From sequence record DRR378314_168: a DNA stretch of 41,272 bases. One strand, written 5' to 3'. The position numbers and the translations under genes are program-made. Within the stretch, counting starts at the first letter, position 1. Each line of letters begins with the position of its first letter. This document shows, piece after piece, positions 18,367-29,814 of the stretch. The notes under the pieces are model-generated. The model was not told the origin of the DNA and did no database searches. It was given only the letters and a program-made list of their open reading frames with translations.

Positions 18367-19305
18367 ATGCGACTGATTCGCGGCATTCACAATCTGCGGG
18401 CGAGCCACCGGGGCTGCGTCGCCACCATCGGCAACTTCGATGGCGTCCATCTGGGGCATCAACGGATTCTCGATCAGGTGATCGACGAGGCCAGGGCGCG
18501 TGGCAAGCTGGCCACGGTGATGCTGTTCGAACCTCAGCCGCAGGAATTTTTCTGCCCGGACCAGGCACCGGCGCGGCTTAACAGCCTGCGTGACAAGTTG
18601 ATCGCGCTGCGCGACTACGGCGTCGATCAGGTGTTGTGCGCCCGGTTCAACGAGTCGTTCCGCAGCCTCACCGCCGAGGCGTTCGTGCGCGATCTGCTGG
18701 TCGAGGGCCTGGGCATCGACTACCTGGTGGTGGGGGATGACTTCCGTTTCGGCCGTGGCCGTGACGGTGATTTCGATTACCTGAAGCAGGCCGGCGAGCG
18801 GTTCGGTTTTCAGGTCACCGACACGCCGACCTGCGAAGTCGACGGCGAGCGGGTGTCCAGCACGCGGGTACGCGCGGCGCTGGAGCAGGGGAATTTCCGC
18901 CTGGCCGAGCGCCTGCTGGGGCGCCCTTATACGATCAGCGGCCGCGTGCGCCACGGCGACAAGCTGGGCCGCACCCTGGATGTGCCGACGGTGAATCTGG
19001 CCCTGAAGCGGCCGGTGTCGCCGCTGCACGGGGTGTTCGCGGTGCGGGTGTCCGGCGCCGGCCTCGAGGGCCATCCGGGCGCGGCCAATATGGGCACGCG
19101 GCCGTCGGTGGACGGCCAGGAAAACCGCCTGGAAGTGCATCTGCTCAATTTTCAGGGTGATCTGTACGACGCGCACCTGAGCGTCGCGTTTCATCATTTC
19201 GTGCGGCCGGAAGAGAAATTCGACGGCCTCGACGAACTCAAGGCCGCCATGTGGCGGGATCTGGAACAGGTACAAGCCTTTTTGGACCAAGACGACGGAC
19301 TATGA
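18367..19305 (+). CDS. ribF: Bifunctional riboflavin kinase/FAD synthetase
   Basis: [36 protein letters not shown] and LEVH. Confidence 0.97.
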   Translation: MRLIRGIHNLRASHRGCVATIGNFDGVHLGHQRILDQVIDEARARGKLATVMLFEPQPQEFFCPDQAPARLNSLRDKLIALRDYGVDQVLCARFNESFRSLTAEAFVRDLLVEGLGIDYLVVGDDFRFGRGRDGDFDYLKQAGERFGFQVTDTPTCEVDGERVSSTRVRAALEQGNFRLAERLLGRPYTISGRVRHGDKLGRTLDVPTVNLALKRPVSPLHGVFAVRVSGAGLEGHPGAANMGTRPSVDGQENRLEVHLLNFQGDLYDAHLSVAFHHFVRPEEKFDGLDELKAAMWRDLEQVQAFLDQDDGL

Positions 19306-22115
19306 CGGATTACAAGGCGACGCTTAATCTTCCCCACACCGACTTCCCGATGAAGGCCGGTCTGTCCCAGCGCGAACCCAAGCGTCTGGACCAATGGCAG
19401 CAGCGCGATCTGTACCGCCGGATTCGCGAAGCGTCCGCCGGACGTCCCAAGTTCATCCTTCACGATGGCCCCCCGTACGCCAACGGCGACATTCATATCG
19501 GCCACGCGGTGAACAAGATCCTCAAGGACATCATCGTCAAGGCGCGCACCCTGGACGGCTACGATGCCCCCTATGTGCCCGGCTGGGACTGCCATGGCCT
19601 GCCCATCGAGCTGAAGGTGGAGCAGAAGGTGGGCAAGGCCGGCCACAAGGTGGACGCCGCCACCTTCCGCAAGAAGTGCCGGGAGTTCGCCGCCAAGCAG
19701 GTGGCAGGCCAGAAGCGTGACTTCCAGCGCCTGGGTGTGTTCGGGGACTGGGACAGCCCCTACCTGACCATGGACTACGACACCGAGGCGAACATCATCC
19801 GCGCGCTCGGCAAGATCGCCGCCGGTGGCCACCTGACCAAGGGCTTCAAGCCGGTGCACTGGTGCCTGGACTGCGCCTCCGCCCTGGCGGAAGCGGAAGT
19901 GGAATACCAGGACAAGCAGTCGCCGGCCATCGACGTGGCGTTCGCCGTCACCGACCCGGCGGATTTCAACAGCCGCACCGGCGTCGAGGCCGCATCCCCG
20001 GCCCTGGTGATCTGGACCACCACGCCCTGGACGCTGCCCGCCAACCGGGCGGTGGCGGTGCATCCGGAGCTGGATTATGTGCTGCTCAGCGGTGAGCAGA
20101 ACGGCGCCGCCGTGGCACTGGTGGTGGCCGAAGATCTGGCGGACACCGTCAGCGAGCGCTTCGCGCTCACCGGCGCCGAGCGGTCCGCGTCGTTCAAGGG
20201 CGCGGCCCTGGAACACCTCACCCTGCGGCACCCGTTCCTGGACCGCCAGGTGCCGGTGATTCTTGGTGACCACGTCACCACCGACGCCGGTACCGGCTGC
20301 GTGCATACCGCGCCGGGCCACGGTGAAGACGACTTTATCGTCGGCAAGCAGTACGGCCTGGAAGTGGACAGCCCGGTGCAGGACAACGGCCTGTTCCGGG
20401 AGGACCTGCCGGTGGTCGGCGGCCTGCACGTGAGCAAGGCCAACCAGCCGGTGATCGACGCCCTCAAGGAAGGCGGCACCCTGGTGGCGCTGGAGACCAT
20501 CACCCACAGCTACCCGCACTGCTGGCGCCACAAGACGCCGATCATTTTCCGCAGCACCGCCCAGTGGTTCATCCCCATGAGCGAGGGCGGCCTGCTGGCC
20601 CAGGCCCGCGCCGAAGTGGACAAGGTGCAGTGGTTGCCGGAGTGGGGCAAGGCGCGCATCGAAGGCATGCTGCGCGACCGCCCGGACTGGTGTATCTCCC
20701 GGCAGCGCACCTGGGGCGTGCCGATCGCCCTGTTCGTGGACCGCGCCACCTCCGAACCGCACCCGGACACGCCGCGGTTGATCGAGGAAGTGGCCAAGCG
20801 TGTAGAGCAGAACGGCATCGACGCCTGGTTCGACCTGGAGGCCGAGGAGCTGCTCGGCGACGACGCGGAGCGCTACACCAAGGTCACCGACATCCTCGAC
20901 GTCTGGTTCGACTCCGGCGTGACCCACTACTCGGTGCTCGAGCAGCGCGACGAGCTGGCGGTGCCCGCCGACCTCTACCTGGAAGGCTCCGACCAGCACC
21001 GCGGCTGGTTCCAGTCCTCGCTGCTGACCAGCACCGCGATCCGTGACGCGGCGCCCTATAAAAGCGTGCTCACCCACGGCTTCACGGTGGACGAGCAGGG
21101 CCGCAAGATGTCCAAGTCGATCGGTAACGTGATCGCCCCGCAGGAAGTGTGGAACGACCTGGGCGCGGACATCCTGCGCCTGTGGGTGGCGGCCACCGAT
21201 TACCGCGGTGAGATGAGCGTGTCCAAGAACATTCTCAAGCAGATGGCGGACAGCTATCGCCGCATCCGCAACACCGCCCGCTTCCTGCTCTCCAACCTGA
21301 ACGGCTTCGACCCGCAGCGCGACGCGGTGGCCCCGGACGACATGATCGCTCTGGACCGCTGGGCGGTGGGCCGCGCCGACGCCTTGCAGGCGGAGCTGCG
21401 CGAGCTGTACGACGGCTATCATTTCCATCTGGTTTACCAGCGCCTGCACAACTTCTGCGGCAACGAGCTGGGCGGCTTCTACCTGGACATCATCAAGGAC
21501 CGCCAGTACACCACGCCGGCGGATTCGCTGGCGCGGCGCTCCTGCCAGACCGCGCTCTATCACATCGCCCAGGCCCTGGTGCGCTGGATGGCGCCGATCC
21601 TCAGCTTCACTGCCGAGGAAATCTTCGAGCTGCTGCCCGGCGAGCGCCCCGACTCCGTGTTCCTGACCACCTGGTACGACGGCCTCTTCCCGCCGGCGGA
21701 CGACGCGGACATGGATCTGGCGTTCTGGGAGCAGGTGCAGGCCGTCAAGCAGGCGGTCAACAAGGCCATCGAAGAGGCCCGCAACCGCAAGGAACTGCGC
21801 GCCAACCTGGCCGCCGACGCCACCCTCTACGTGGACGAGCGGCTGGCCGGCCTGCTCGGTCGCCTGGGCGATGAGCTGCGCTTCGTCACCATCACCTCCA
21901 CCGCCACCCTGGCGCCACTGGCGGACGCTCCGGCGGAGCTGCCGGACAGCGCCGTGGCCGGGCTCAAAGTGCAGGTGGCGCCGTCGCCGCACGACAAATG
22001 CGTGCGCTGCTGGCACCACCGCCCGGACATCGGCACGCACCCCGAGCACCCGGAGCTGTGCGGCCGCTGCGTGACCAACCTGGACGGTGACGGCGAGGAA
22101 CGCCACTATGCGTGA
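19302..22115 (+). CDS. ileS: Isoleucine--tRNA ligase
   Basis: [30 protein letters not shown] and a C-terminal CVRCW...CGRC zinc finger. ATGA overlap with ribF. Confidence 0.99.
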   Translation: MTDYKATLNLPHTDFPMKAGLSQREPKRLDQWQQRDLYRRIREASAGRPKFILHDGPPYANGDIHIGHAVNKILKDIIVKARTLDGYDAPYVPGWDCHGLPIELKVEQKVGKAGHKVDAATFRKKCREFAAKQVAGQKRDFQRLGVFGDWDSPYLTMDYDTEANIIRALGKIAAGGHLTKGFKPVHWCLDCASALAEAEVEYQDKQSPAIDVAFAVTDPADFNSRTGVEAASPALVIWTTTPWTLPANRAVAVHPELDYVLLSGEQNGAAVALVVAEDLADTVSERFALTGAERSASFKGAALEHLTLRHPFLDRQVPVILGDHVTTDAGTGCVHTAPGHGEDDFIVGKQYGLEVDSPVQDNGLFREDLPVVGGLHVSKANQPVIDALKEGGTLVALETITHSYPHCWRHKTPIIFRSTAQWFIPMSEGGLLAQARAEVDKVQWLPEWGKARIEGMLRDRPDWCISRQRTWGVPIALFVDRATSEPHPDTPRLIEEVAKRVEQNGIDAWFDLEAEELLGDDAERYTKVTDILDVWFDSGVTHYSVLEQRDELAVPADLYLEGSDQHRGWFQSSLLTSTAIRDAAPYKSVLTHGFTVDEQGRKMSKSIGNVIAPQEVWNDLGADILRLWVAATDYRGEMSVSKNILKQMADSYRRIRNTARFLLSNLNGFDPQRDAVAPDDMIALDRWAVGRADALQAELRELYDGYHFHLVYQRLHNFCGNELGGFYLDIIKDRQYTTPADSLARRSCQTALYHIAQALVRWMAPILSFTAEEIFELLPGERPDSVFLTTWYDGLFPPADDADMDLAFWEQVQAVKQAVNKAIEEARNRKELRANLAADATLYVDERLAGLLGRLGDELRFVTITSTATLAPLADAPAELPDSAVAGLKVQVAPSPHDKCVRCWHHRPDIGTHPEHPELCGRCVTNLDGDGEERHYA

Positions 22116-22602
22116 GCAACAAGGCGCCCAGAGCCAACTGGTCTGGCTGTGGCTCACCGGCCTGATGATCGTGCTGGATCAGGTCAGCAAGCACTGGGTG
22201 GTGGCCCGTTTCGACCTCTATGAGCGGCTGGAGGTGCTGCCGTTCTTCAACCTGACCCTGGCCTACAACTCCGGGGCCGCGTTCAGCTTTCTGGCCGGCG
22301 CCGGCGGCTGGCAACGCTGGTTCTTCGCCGCCGTGGCGGTGATCGCCGTGGTGCTGATCCTGGGCTGGATGCGCAAACTGCGTGACGAGCGCATGCAGGG
22401 CGCCGCTCTGGCACTGATCCTCGGCGGCGCCGTCGGCAACCTCTACGACCGGGTGGTGCTCGGCCATGTGGTCGACTTTCTCGACTTCTATTGGGGCGAT
22501 TACCACTTCCCGGCCTTTAATATCGCCGATACCGCCATCACTATTGGGGCAGCCTTGATCATTCTCGACATGCTGCTGGGAGGCCGTCGCGGCCATGACT
22601 GA
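22108..22602 (+). CDS. lspA: Lipoprotein signal peptidase II
   Basis: [31 protein letters not shown] and FNIAD. Confidence 0.97.
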   Translation: MREQQGAQSQLVWLWLTGLMIVLDQVSKHWVVARFDLYERLEVLPFFNLTLAYNSGAAFSFLAGAGGWQRWFFAAVAVIAVVLILGWMRKLRDERMQGAALALILGGAVGNLYDRVVLGHVVDFLDFYWGDYHFPAFNIADTAITIGAALIILDMLLGGRRGHD

Positions 22603-23062
22603 CACCTTGCGCGCGGGTCCGCAGACCCGCATCACCCTGCATTTCGCCGTGCGTCTGATGGACGGCACCGAAATGGACAGCACCTACGGTGGCGAGCCGG
22701 CCGCCTTCTCCTGGGGTGACGAATCCCTGCTGCCCGGCTTCGAGCGCGCCATCCTCGGCCTCAAGGCCGGCGACAAGCGCAGCGTCTTCATCGACGCCGC
22801 CTCCGGCTTCGGTGAATACAACGAACAGAACCGGCAGCACTTCAAGCGCAGCACCTTCAGCGCCGACGACGTGGAAGTGGGCACGGTGATGAATTTCGCC
22901 GATGCCGCCGGCGCCGAACTGCCCGGCGTGATCGCCGAACTGGACGACGACTGGGTCACCGTGGACTTCAATCACCCGCTGGCCGGCCGCGACCTCACCT
23001 TCGAGGTGGAGATCATCAACGTCGAGCACGACGCCCCGGAGCAGGCCGTCCGCCTGAACTGA
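22595..23062 (+). CDS. fkpB: FKBP-type peptidyl-prolyl isomerase (SlpA)
   Basis: [18 protein letters not shown] and [18 protein letters not shown]. Lies between lspA and ispH. Confidence 0.93.
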   Translation: MTDTLRAGPQTRITLHFAVRLMDGTEMDSTYGGEPAAFSWGDESLLPGFERAILGLKAGDKRSVFIDAASGFGEYNEQNRQHFKRSTFSADDVEVGTVMNFADAAGAELPGVIAELDDDWVTVDFNHPLAGRDLTFEVEIINVEHDAPEQAVRLN

Positions 23063-23124
23063 CCTTCTGGCCGGCCACCGCTGGTGGCGCGTATACTCAG
23101 GATACATTTCAAGCAGGTTCCGAT

Positions 23125-24060
23125 ATGCAAATCCGTCTCGCCAACCCCCGTGGCTTCTGCGCCGGCGTCGATCGGGCCATCGATATCGTCAATCGGGCCC
23201 TGGACGTGTTCGGGCCGCCGGTCTATGTGCGCCACGAAGTGGTCCATAACCGCTACGTGGTGGACGGCCTGCGCGAGCGCGGCGCGGTGTTCGTCGACGA
23301 GCTGGAAGAAGTGCCCGACGACGCCATCGTCATCTTCAGCGCCCACGGTGTCTCCAAGGCGGTGCAGGACGAGGCCGAGCAGCGCGCCCTGCAGGTGTTC
23401 GACGCCACCTGCCCGCTGGTCACCAAGGTGCACATGGAGGTGATTCGCTACGCCCAGGAGGGCCGCGAGGCGATTCTGATCGGCCACCAGGGCCACCCGG
23501 AAGTGGAAGGCACCATGGGCCAGTACGACACCAGCAAGGGCGGGCGCATGTATCTGGTGGAAGACGAGGCCGACGTGGCCCGCCTGGAAGTCACCGACCC
23601 GGACAATCTTGCGTTCGTCACCCAGACCACCCTGAGCGTGGACGACACCGCCCGCATCATCGACGCCCTGCGCCAACGCTTCCCCAATATCCTCGGCCCC
23701 AAGCGCGAGGATATCTGCTACGCCACCACCAACCGCCAGGACGCGGTGCGCCAGCTCGCGCTGGAATGCCAGCTGGTGCTGGTGGTGGGGTCGGTGAACA
23801 GCTCCAACTCCAACCGCCTGCGCGAACTGGCCGAGCGCTGCGGCACCCCGGCCCACCTGCTCGACGACCCGGCCATGATCGACCCGGCCTGGCTCAAGGG
23901 TAAGAAGGCCGTGGGCGTCACCGCCGGCGCCAGCGCCCCCGAGGAGCTGGTCCACCAGGTGATCGCCCGCCTGCGCGAACTGGGCGGCGAAGACGCCCAC
24001 GAGATCCCCGGCCGCGAAGAGAACATCCGCTTTTCCATGCCCCGCGCCCTGCGGGCCTGA
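23125..24060 (+). CDS. ispH: 4-hydroxy-3-methylbut-2-enyl diphosphate reductase
   Basis: [21 protein letters not shown] (three Fe-S Cys), SSNS and TAGASAP. Confidence 0.98.
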   Translation: MQIRLANPRGFCAGVDRAIDIVNRALDVFGPPVYVRHEVVHNRYVVDGLRERGAVFVDELEEVPDDAIVIFSAHGVSKAVQDEAEQRALQVFDATCPLVTKVHMEVIRYAQEGREAILIGHQGHPEVEGTMGQYDTSKGGRMYLVEDEADVARLEVTDPDNLAFVTQTTLSVDDTARIIDALRQRFPNILGPKREDICYATTNRQDAVRQLALECQLVLVVGSVNSSNSNRLRELAERCGTPAHLLDDPAMIDPAWLKGKKAVGVTAGASAPEELVHQVIARLRELGGEDAHEIPGREENIRFSMPRALRA

Positions 24061-24174
24061 TCCCTCCGCTCCCTGGAAGCCGCTGTCCCCACCGCCCGCC
24101 CGGGGCGAGTGGGGCGGCTTGTCCGCGTGCCGCGCTTGCCATGTAAAAGACTGGCTCTATAGCTAATGAAAAAG

Positions 24175-24190
24175 TGCGAATAGCGTCACA
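24175..24190 (+). promoter_or_regulatory. CRP/Vfr box upstream of the minor-pilin operon
   Basis: TGCGA-ATAGCG-TCACA is one mismatch from TGTGA-N6-TCACA, with an A-rich 5' flank. Confidence 0.65.
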
Positions 24191-24210
24191 GCCTATCTTC
24201 GTAAAAATCC

Positions 24211-24260
24211 CCGCTTATCAACCGCTTATGCCGTTTATTGCCGCCAAGTGACCGCTCGTC
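24211..24260 (+). promoter_or_regulatory. Phased CCG(C/T)T direct repeats, including an AlgR/LytTR-like site pair
   Basis: CCGCTTATC (24211), CCGCTTATG (24222), CCGTTTATT (24231), CCGCCAAGT (24241), CCGCTCGTC (24252). ACCGCTCGTC is one mismatch from the AlgR consensus ACCGTTCGTC. Confidence 0.5.
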
Positions 24261-24329
24261 TAAGTCTCATTGTCGACGGTTTTACAATTGCTAGAGTGTC
24301 TGCTCACAAGAATGAAAGTGGAGTGCATC

Positions 24330-24806
24330 GTGGTGTCTGACACCCGGTTCGGAAGCGGGGGCTTTACCCTTATTGAGTTGATGGTCGGCATTGCCGTCGC
24401 CGGAGTTTTGCTTGCCCTGGCCGTGCCCTCCTTCCAGAACCTGACGGCCAACAATGCCTTGAGAAGTTCCTCCGCCGATCTGGTCACCGCCATCAATACG
24501 GCCCGCGCGCAGGCGGTGAACCTGCGCGTCGACGTCGTTCTCGAAGAAACCGGCTCCTCCTGGACGGACGGCTGGCGCGTTAAGTATGGCGCCGGCACCA
24601 CGGAAACGGATCAGACCTTCACCCCTTCCGGTGGCGTCACCGTGACCCAGACCAGCGGCAGTGGGGCACTGACGTTCACACCGTCGGGCATGATGAGCGC
24701 CGGCGCCACTTTCGAAATCTGCGATGACCGCACTAACGAGACCGGCCGACAGATCAAAGTCGGGCTCTTTGGCACTGTCGAAAACACGGCGATTACATGC
24801 AGCTAG
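24330..24806 (+). CDS. fimU: Type IV minor pilin FimU/FimT (GspH family)
   Basis: Prepilin cleavage G/FTLIELMV, ARAQAV, WTDGWRV and FTPSG...FEICD. GTG start with GGAG SD (an upstream ATG at 24312 is possible). Confidence 0.8.
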   Translation: MVSDTRFGSGGFTLIELMVGIAVAGVLLALAVPSFQNLTANNALRSSSADLVTAINTARAQAVNLRVDVVLEETGSSWTDGWRVKYGAGTTETDQTFTPSGGVTVTQTSGSGALTFTPSGMMSAGATFEICDDRTNETGRQIKVGLFGTVENTAITCS

Positions 24807-24814
24807 GAACCAGG

Positions 24815-25339
24815 ATGAAAGCGAACGCTAAACGCCAGAGCGGTGTCGGTATGGTCGAAATCCTTATCGCGCTGCTGGTGCTGGCCATCGGTGTGCTCGG
24901 TTACGCGGGTTTGCAGCTTAACGCGCTGAAAAGCTCGGAGGAGGCGCACCTTCGGGCCACCGCGACCTTTATCGCCCGCGACGCCCTGGAGCGCATTCTG
25001 GCCAATCCGGGTTCCCGGGCTGAATACCTGGATAGCGATAATTGGAACGAGAATGCCTCCGATGCCGGTGGCGCGCCGGATAACCAGAATGCCTGCGTCA
25101 GCCAGGCGTGTTCTTCAGGCGATATGGCCGACTGGGATATCGAGATGCTCACCTGGCAGGCGGCCAACACCATGCCGGCCGGTCGGATCGTGGTGACCCC
25201 GTGCACCATGACCGGGGCCACCTCAAGCTGCGTGATCGTTGCCTGGAACGACCAGGCGCCCGCCGACTGCCTTGATGAGGACGATGGCGTGGCGTCCGGT
25301 GAAGAAACCGAGTGCGTGGTCATGGAGGTCACCCGATGA
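24815..25339 (+). CDS. pilV: Type IV minor pilin PilV
   Basis: QSG/VGMVEILIALLVLAIGVLGYAGLQ, LERILAN and C-x4-C...MADWD. Confidence 0.9.
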   Translation: MKANAKRQSGVGMVEILIALLVLAIGVLGYAGLQLNALKSSEEAHLRATATFIARDALERILANPGSRAEYLDSDNWNENASDAGGAPDNQNACVSQACSSGDMADWDIEMLTWQAANTMPAGRIVVTPCTMTGATSSCVIVAWNDQAPADCLDEDDGVASGEETECVVMEVTR

Positions 25340-26100
25340 AAATGCGTCCTTACCAGACGGGCTTCAGTCTCGTCGAACTCATGGTCGCCATGGCGCTCGG
25401 GCTTCTTATTACCGGCGCCGCCCTGTCGCTTTTCAGCACCAACCAGAGAATGTTTCAACTCCAGCAAGGGGAGTCCGAGCTCCAGGAGCAAGGCTATCTG
25501 GCGATGCGGTTTATCGTCGAGGACGTCCGCATGGCGGGCTTTCATGACATTTCCGTGGGCGCAGCGCCGTCTCCGGTCATCAATACCTCATCCCCGTCCA
25601 TTCCCGCTTCCTCCGACGGCGGCAACAGCGGCAACGACCGCATGACGATCAGCTATCACGGCTTCAGGGATTGCGAGGGCAACCCCTCCGCCTCCACATC
25701 CCGCCGGGAGATCATCAATACGTACTGGGTGGATGACGACGGGCAATTGAAGTGCCGGGGCAACCAGGCCGTGCCTCTGACCTCCGGGGTCACCCTGCTT
25801 GACGGCGTGGAAAGTTTTCAGGTCCTGTACGGCATGGACACGACCCCTAACGATCAGGTCGCTTTTGCCAGCCAGTATGTGCCCGCCGACCAGCTTTCCA
25901 CACACTTCGCCAGTGACCATCTGGTGCTGTCCCTGAAGATCGCCATGCTGCTCAAGAACAGCGCGCCCGCGGTCGGCGCCGGTCCCGAAAAAAGCTTCTA
26001 TGTGCTGGATACCAGCAAAGACGTCGATAGCAGTCAGTCGCTGTTCCAGCAGTTTTCCACCACCGTGACTCTGCGCAATTACCCTTGGAGCCAAATCTGA
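25336..26100 (+). CDS. pilW: Type IV minor pilin PilW
   Basis: G/FSLVELMVAM, DVRMAGF, GVESFQVLYGMD and TTVTLRN. ATGA overlap with pilV. Confidence 0.9.
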   Translation: MKMRPYQTGFSLVELMVAMALGLLITGAALSLFSTNQRMFQLQQGESELQEQGYLAMRFIVEDVRMAGFHDISVGAAPSPVINTSSPSIPASSDGGNSGNDRMTISYHGFRDCEGNPSASTSRREIINTYWVDDDGQLKCRGNQAVPLTSGVTLLDGVESFQVLYGMDTTPNDQVAFASQYVPADQLSTHFASDHLVLSLKIAMLLKNSAPAVGAGPEKSFYVLDTSKDVDSSQSLFQQFSTTVTLRNYPWSQI

Positions 26101-26633
26101 TGAACGGCACGCCTTTGAGTCATAAACGCCAAAGAGGGGTCGCTTTATTGATCGCGCTGTTCGTGTTGGTGATTGTCTCGGTGATGGGTATCACGGCCAT
26201 GAAAACCAGCATGTTCAGCGCCAAGATCGCCACCGGCACACAGATTGACGCGATGGCCTTTGAGGGCGCCGAATCCGCCGTTTCGGCAACGTTTCGTGAG
26301 CTTGAAAACGACGATGACGTCATTCAATCACTGTTGCTCGGCGGCATGATTGAGCGGTGCATCACCATGTCGGACGAAACGGTAGAGGGTGCCTGTGGCG
26401 ACGGTCAGACCCTGGATTCACGGGGGCTGATCGTTTCTGAGTCTCACAGCAAGGTAAACGGTTACATGCCGATTGACGGCGGCGGCATCAGCTCTACCGG
26501 CGGCGGCGCGCTACAAGTGGATTACAAAGTCGGGATCCTCGGCGATAGCCGCCTGCCGGACCTCGGCGTGGAAAACCACCATATGCAAGAAGCTCTAAAG
26601 AGGGCGTTGAAGCCTTCTTCCGACATCGAATAG
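26100..26633 (+). CDS. pilX: Type IV minor pilin PilX
   Basis: QRG/VALLIALFVL lacks Glu5, a PilX hallmark, and has AFEGAES. TGATG coupling to pilW. Confidence 0.88.
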   Translation: MNGTPLSHKRQRGVALLIALFVLVIVSVMGITAMKTSMFSAKIATGTQIDAMAFEGAESAVSATFRELENDDDVIQSLLLGGMIERCITMSDETVEGACGDGQTLDSRGLIVSESHSKVNGYMPIDGGGISSTGGGALQVDYKVGILGDSRLPDLGVENHHMQEALKRALKPSSDIE

Positions 26634-26651
26634 GGATCGGGGTGAGAGGAT

Positions 26652-29600
26652 ATGACAATGCATAATTTCATAATCAAAGCGGCGCTTCTTTGGTTGCTGT
26701 TGCTTCTCGCGCCGACATCTCTGTACGCGGACGATACGGAGATATTCTTCGCCCGCGCCAACGCGGATGATTCGCAGAATCAGAACATCGCCAACGTCAT
26801 GATTCTGCTCGATACCTCCGGGAGTATGCGCTACTGCAAGGACGATCTGGGCTTCAGTAATAACCAGCCCAGGTGGTGTAGCGAAGAGAACGAGCGCCGT
26901 ATCAACATGCTGATCCGGGCCTTTAACATTATGATTGACGATATCCCGGAAGATGTTCGGGTTGGCGTCAGTCGCTTCAGGGAAAATCAGACCGATGGCG
27001 GGCACGTGCTGGTGCCTGTTGTCGATAACAATGCTAACAATCGCCAGCTTTTGAAGCGGAAAGTCTCCGAGTTGACCGTTGATGGTCAGACCAACGGTGA
27101 CCCCTGGGGCGGCACTCCCACCTCCGAAGCATACTACGAAGTTTATCGCTATATGATGGGCCTGAGTCCTGTGTATGGGGATTACAGCGGCAGTAGCAGA
27201 GATGCGGACCCAAGGATCTGTCTTGAATATCAGACCGATGAGACCTGTGAAGAGGTCCCGGTATATGAATGGCAGGATGTTGGCTATTGCGATCTCGACT
27301 CGGATAATTGTTACAGAGTGTGCGAGAAGGAGACGGGGCCTTGGTGGAACCGCCGTTGCGAGGAGTATCAGTACAAACAGCAGGTGCAGACCGGAACAGA
27401 GCAACAATGCTCGACTGAAACCAACTGTGTTAACGAAGCGCCCATCATTGGCAATGATGGAAACTATGTTTCGCCGATGAACATGGAAAATCAGTGTGAA
27501 AAGAACCATGTCATCGTCATGACCGATGGTGCGCCCAGTTCCGGTAGCGATAACCTGGGTTTGGGACTGTTCAGACCGTGGCTCCATTTCTGGTAGCTAC
27601 GCATGCCAGCAACAGATCGCTAAAACCTTGAAAAGTGAGCAGAACCACAAGGGCCGGCCCGTCATAACCTCTAACATCGGTCTCTACATGGGAGACTACG
27701 AGCAGCGTATGTCCGCTGTATCGGCTGAGGGTGGTGGCGCCACCTATAACGCTGATACCGCCGATGCGCTGGCCCAGGCTTTTATTGACCAGCTCGAACT
27801 CATTGATGAGGACTCCAAAGCGATTACATCACCTGGTGTGGCAGTAAACCAGATGAATCGATTGGAGCATTTGGATCAGCTTTATTATTCCGTCTTCAAG
27901 CCGCGCAAAAGTTCGGTTTGGGAGGGCAATTTAAAGCGATATCGCCTGGATGAGTCGGTGATACGTGACATTAAAAATGCCAATGCCGTTGACTCCGACA
28001 CTGGTTACTTCAGTAACTTTTCCCAGAGCTGGTGGTCGCCGGACACTGATGGTTTCGACGCCGACGAGGGCGGTGCACGCAGTCAGTTGAGCAACCGGAA
28101 ACTGTTCGTCAGTGATTCTTCAGGACGTATTAGCGAGCTGACACAGGCTGAAGTGGATGATGACAATGTCACCTCCGAAGCGACCTTTGGTATACCAGAG
28201 AATGCCATGGACGAGCTGGATTCCAAGCAAGAGGTTTACGATGCGCTAAAAGCGCTTTGGGCGGATCCGCTTCACAGTGTTCCTTTGCTGGTGAACTATG
28301 AAGGCGGTGACGCGGACGACGCGTCCTCTCAGACCAACTATATTTTCGTGTCCACCAATGGTGGCATGTTGCATGCCATTGATCCGGACGACGGCTCCGA
28401 GAAGTTCACCTTCATGCCTAAACAGTTCCTGAACAAGGCCTACGACTTTGTCAGCGAGCCGCCGCTGCAGCCCGGCAATATCCGCGAGCCTTATGGGCTG
28501 GACGGCTCCTGGATCGCCTGGCGGCGTCCGGAAATAAACGGGAGCGGAGAGAAGACCGGCGATGCCGCCAATGTTTATATTTACGGTGGTATGCGCCGTG
28601 GTGGTGATTCCTACTTCGGTCTGGACGTCAGCAATATCGACAGTCCCAGTATGATGTGGGAAATCGAGGGTGGCTTTGACGGCGATTCAGACTCCGGGTT
28701 CGATTTGCTCGGCCAGACCTGGTCCACGCCGACGCTGACGCAGGTGAAAGTGGGGGATACCCGCAAGCCGGTACTGGTGTTCGGTGGCGGCTACAGCCCA
28801 GCAGACCACGACGAGGCCGGTGAGCGAAGCGGCGAGGATCAGGTGGGGCGCGCCGTGTTCATGGTTGATGCCATGACCGGCGAGTTGATCTGGTCCGCCA
28901 GTAGTGAGGGCAGCAACGGCGGGCAGGCGCACACCACGGTGGACAGCATGGACTGGGCAGTACCGGGTGGTATCTCCGTGGTGGATATCGATTTCGACGG
29001 TTACGCCGACTACCTCTATTTCGCGGATCTTGGCGGTCAGATCTTCCGAGCCAATCTCAATAACGAGAACGATGGCGCCGGGGAGCTGGTAGAAGGTGTG
29101 ACTCGTGTGGCGTCCTTGGCCGGTACCGGCACATCGGATCAGCGCCGCTTCTATGAAGCGCCAGCGATAGGCTACAAGTCCGAAGGCGGCGAAGCGCTGT
29201 ATGTGCTTATCGGTTCTGGCTACCGGGCGCACCCCTTGGATGAGGATACCGATGAAGCGGTCTTTTCAATCCGTGACAGTGATTTCCGTCAGGCTGGTGG
29301 CGAAGACGACCCGGTAACATACTCGGATTTGCGTTCCGTAACGTCTGATTCCGACGGCACTGAATCCGGGTGGTATTTCGAGTTCTCCCGGGATGGCGAG
29401 AAGGTGCTGTCTTCGCCGGTGATCTTTGACAATACCGTCCTGTTCACGACCTATGCGCCCGGCGGGGAAGATCTTGATGATAATCCTTGCGTGGTACGTT
29501 ACGGCGAGGCGTATCTGTACGCGGCGGACATGGTGACCGGCCAGCCCCCGGGCGACAGCGACAGCAATAATTTCGACGATAACAGTGTGATTAGAGATAT

Positions 29601-29814
29601 CGACTGGACTGGTGAGAAGCTTGATCAAAGTACCATTCCGCCAAGCCCCTCACTGATCTTCCAGGAGGGAGGCAAGAAAGTTTCCATCGTGGTCGGTACG
29701 GAGGTAGTGGATGCGCCCAACGTCAAGTTCACTAATCTGCGTAAGAATCGCTGGTATAAGATGGACAAAGACGACGCACAGAACTACGTCACTCCGCTGA
29801 CGGGAGAGAATTGA
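26652..29814 (+). pseudogene. pilY1: PilY1/PilC pilus-tip adhesin, split by a +1 frameshift near 27557-27565 (about 1053 aa if repaired)
   Basis: ORF 26652-27596 has a signal peptide, ADDTEIF, MIDAS LLDTSGSM, GGTPT and VIVMTDGAP. ORF 27526-29814 (+1 frame) has WEGNLKRY, NGGMLHAID, YGLDG, GGMRRGG, GQTWSTP, Ca-binding DIDFDGYAD and GSGYRAHP. The two halves are consecutive parts of one protein. Confidence 0.88.

Noticed and set aside
19194..22157. 987-aa antisense ORF over ileS, and similar long shadow ORFs over murJ, obgE, proB, pilS, pilR and clpB
   Set aside because: Mirror-frame artefacts of high-GC codon bias opposite well-conserved genes. No recognisable motifs.
24077..24120. GC-rich hairpin after ispH
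   Set aside because: Lacks a clear U-tract. Probably an ordinary pause/terminator or stabilising hairpin, too weak to call.
24211..24260. Short repeats considered as a CRISPR or iteron array
   Set aside because: Degenerate 9-mers with no spacers, and no cas or rep gene. Better explained as regulator sites.
27557..27563. G_GGT_TTG heptamer fitting X_XXY_YYZ at the pilY1 break, suggesting programmed -1 frameshifting
   Set aside because: The downstream ORF is in the +1 frame, and the -1 frame stops at TGA 27629-27631. The 3-nt runs are also too short for classical slipped-strand phase variation.
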